In this document: positions 62,401-64,000 of the stretch, in pieces
Position numbering within the stretch: the stretch's first letter is position 1
Layout of the letters: every line of letters starts with the position of its first letter
Assembly: GCA_009914755.4 (NCBI GenBank)
Contig: CP068257.2
Location: 1,088,001 to 1,152,000, forward strand
Origin: the human T2T-CHM13v2.0 reference genome, Homo sapiens
Length of the DNA: 64,000 nucleotides
Direction: 5' to 3'
The notes under the pieces: model-generated
What the model saw: only the letters and a program-made list of their open reading frames with translations
The model's database searches: none
Told to the model about the DNA's origin: nothing
Program-made: the position numbers and the translations under genes

Positions 62401-64000
62401 GGAATGGAATGGAATGGAATGGAGTGGAATGGAACGGAATGGAGTGGAATGCAATAAACATCAGGGGAATGAAATGGATTGGAATGAAGTGGAATGGAAT
62501 GGAATGGAATGGAATGAAATCAACAAGAGTGGAATGGAACGGAATGGAATTGAATGGAAAGGAATGAATGGAATGGAATGGTGTGGAATCAACACGAGAG
62601 GAATGGAATGGAATGGAATGGAATGGAACGGAACGGAATGGAAAGGAATGGAATGGAATGAACCCGAATGGAATGGAATGCATTGGAAAGGAATGGAATG
62701 GAATCAACCCGAGAGGAAAGGAATGGAATGGAATGGAGTGGAATGTAATGTAATGGAATGGAATGGAATGGAATGGAATCAACACAAATGGAATGGAACG
62801 GAATGGAATGGGTTAGGATGGAATGGTATGGAATGGAAGTTAATCAACACGAATGGAATGGAACGGAATGGAATGGAATGGAATGGAAAGGAATGGAATG
62901 GAATTGAATGGAATGAAATGGAAAGGAACGGAATGGAATCAACACGAGTGGAATGGAATGGAACGGAATGGAATCAACCACAGTGGAATGAACTGGAATG
63001 TAATGCAATGGGATGGAGTGGAATCAACCACAGTGGAATGAACTGGAATGTAATGCAATGGGATGGAGTGGAATCAACCCGAATGGAATGGAATGGAATG
63101 GAAAGGAATGGAATGGAACGAAATGGAATGGATCGGAATGGAATCCAATGGAATCAACTGGAATGGAATGGAATGGAATGGAATGGAATGCAATGGAATG
63201 GAATAAATCTGGGTGGAGTGGAATGGAATGAAACGGAGTGGAATGTAATGGAATTTAGTGGAATGGAATGGAATGGAATGGAATGGAATGAAATGGATTG
63301 GATCGGAATGGAATCCAATGGAATCAACTGGAATGGAATGGAATGGAATGGAATGGAATGGAATGGAATAAATCCGGGTGGAGTGGAATGGAATGTAATG
63401 GAGTGGAATGGAATGGAATTTAGTGGAATGGAATGGAATGGAATGGAATGGAATGGAATGGAATGGAATGAAATGGATTGGATCGGAATGGAATCCAATG
63501 GAATCAACTGGAATGGAATGGAATGGAATGGAATAAATCAGGGTGGAGTGGAATGGAATGTAATGGAGTGGAATGGAATGGAATTTAGTGGAATGGAATG
63601 GAATGGAATGGAATGGAATGGAATGGAATGAAATGGATTGGATCGGAATATAATCCAATGGATTAAACTGGAATGGAATGGAATGGAATGGAATGCAGTG
63701 GATCGGAATGGAATCAAATGGAATCAACTGGAATGGAATGGAATGGAATAAATCCGGGTGGAGTGGAATGGAATGTAATGGAGTGGAATGTAACGGAATT
63801 TAGTGGAATGGAATGGAATGGAGTGCAATGGAATGGAATGAAATGGATTGGATCGGAATGGAATCCAATGGAATCAACTGAAATGGAATGGAATGGAATG
63901 GAATGGAATAAATCCGGGTGGAGTGGAATGTAATATAATGGAGTGGAATGTAATGGAATTCAGTGGAATGGAATGGAATGGAATGGAATGGAATGGAATG
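53435..64000 (+). repeat. HSat3 large duplicate, copy b (truncated by the window end)
   Basis: See copy a. Similarity begins at ~53435 (partner 31865) and continues to position 64000. Confidence 0.85.

Larger units (their letters stand above)
29363..64000 (+). repeat. Human satellite III (HSat3): (GGAAT)n with interspersed CAACCCGAGT / CAACACGAAT-type decamers; runs to the window edge
   Basis: Pentameric 'ggaat' tandem repeats with frequent 'caacccgagtggaatgg', 'aatcaacacgaatggaatgg', 'aataaatccgggtggagtgg' variants. A ~160-175-bp subrepeat ('ggaatttagtggaatgg...gattggatcggaatggaatccaatggaatcaactggaatgg...ataaatccgggtggagtggaatggaatgtaatggagtggaatg') recurs throughout. Confidence 0.92.

Noticed and set aside
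29363-64000. Very long ORFs in the HSat3 region (e.g. 62129-63631, 500 aa 'MEWNGMEW...'; 55403-56626 minus strand, 407 aa 'IPFHSIPFH...')
   Set aside because: Pure consequence of (GGAAT)n/(ATTCC)n. Several frames contain no stop codons and ATG occurs every 5 bp. Composition is repetitive (MEWNG / IPFHS), with no domain-like structure.

Overview
This window is human (primate) heterochromatic satellite DNA, not a prokaryotic or gene-dense locus. I find no support for a novel protein-coding 'system'. Almost every ORF in the supplied track is a reading-frame artefact of tandem repeats or GC-rich sequence.

Layout:
(1) Positions 1-29,362 are beta-satellite (68-bp Sau3A-type monomers, e.g. gttacatcacctgggtgatcagtgcagagatatgtcacaatgcccctgtaggcagagcctagacaagag) with visible higher-order structure. 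It is interrupted by four GC/CpG-rich D4Z4-like units, all in + orientation. Units 1, 3 and 4 are ~2.75 kb. Unit 2 is a full ~3.25 kb. Unit 1 and unit 4 are solitary, each flanked by beta-satellite on both sides. Units 2 and 3 form a direct head-to-tail pair, so unit 3 adjoins beta-satellite only at its 3' end. Each unit carries a decayed DUX4-like double-homeobox pseudogene with the hallmarks IWFQNERS(R/H/C)QL, (I/E)(W/R)FQNRRARHP and a C-terminal EEEYR(A/G)LLEEL-stop. A TATAA-like box sits ~140 bp upstream of the ATG.
(2) A young AluY (27,484-27,785) with perfect 15-bp target-site duplications is inserted in beta-satellite. The unoccupied site is preserved in two paralogous flanks in the same window.
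(3) From 29,363 to the end (34.6 kb) the sequence is human satellite III: (GGAAT)n with CAACCCGAGT / CAACACGAAT-type interruptions on the + strand. It contains nested higher-order repeats, including a >=10.5-kb near-identical duplicate at ~21.6-kb spacing that runs to the window edge.

The combination of beta-satellite, D4Z4-like DUX4 pseudogenes and HSat3 is the arrangement described for acrocentric short arms and other D4Z4-homologous heterochromatic sites. The exact chromosome cannot be told from the sequence alone.
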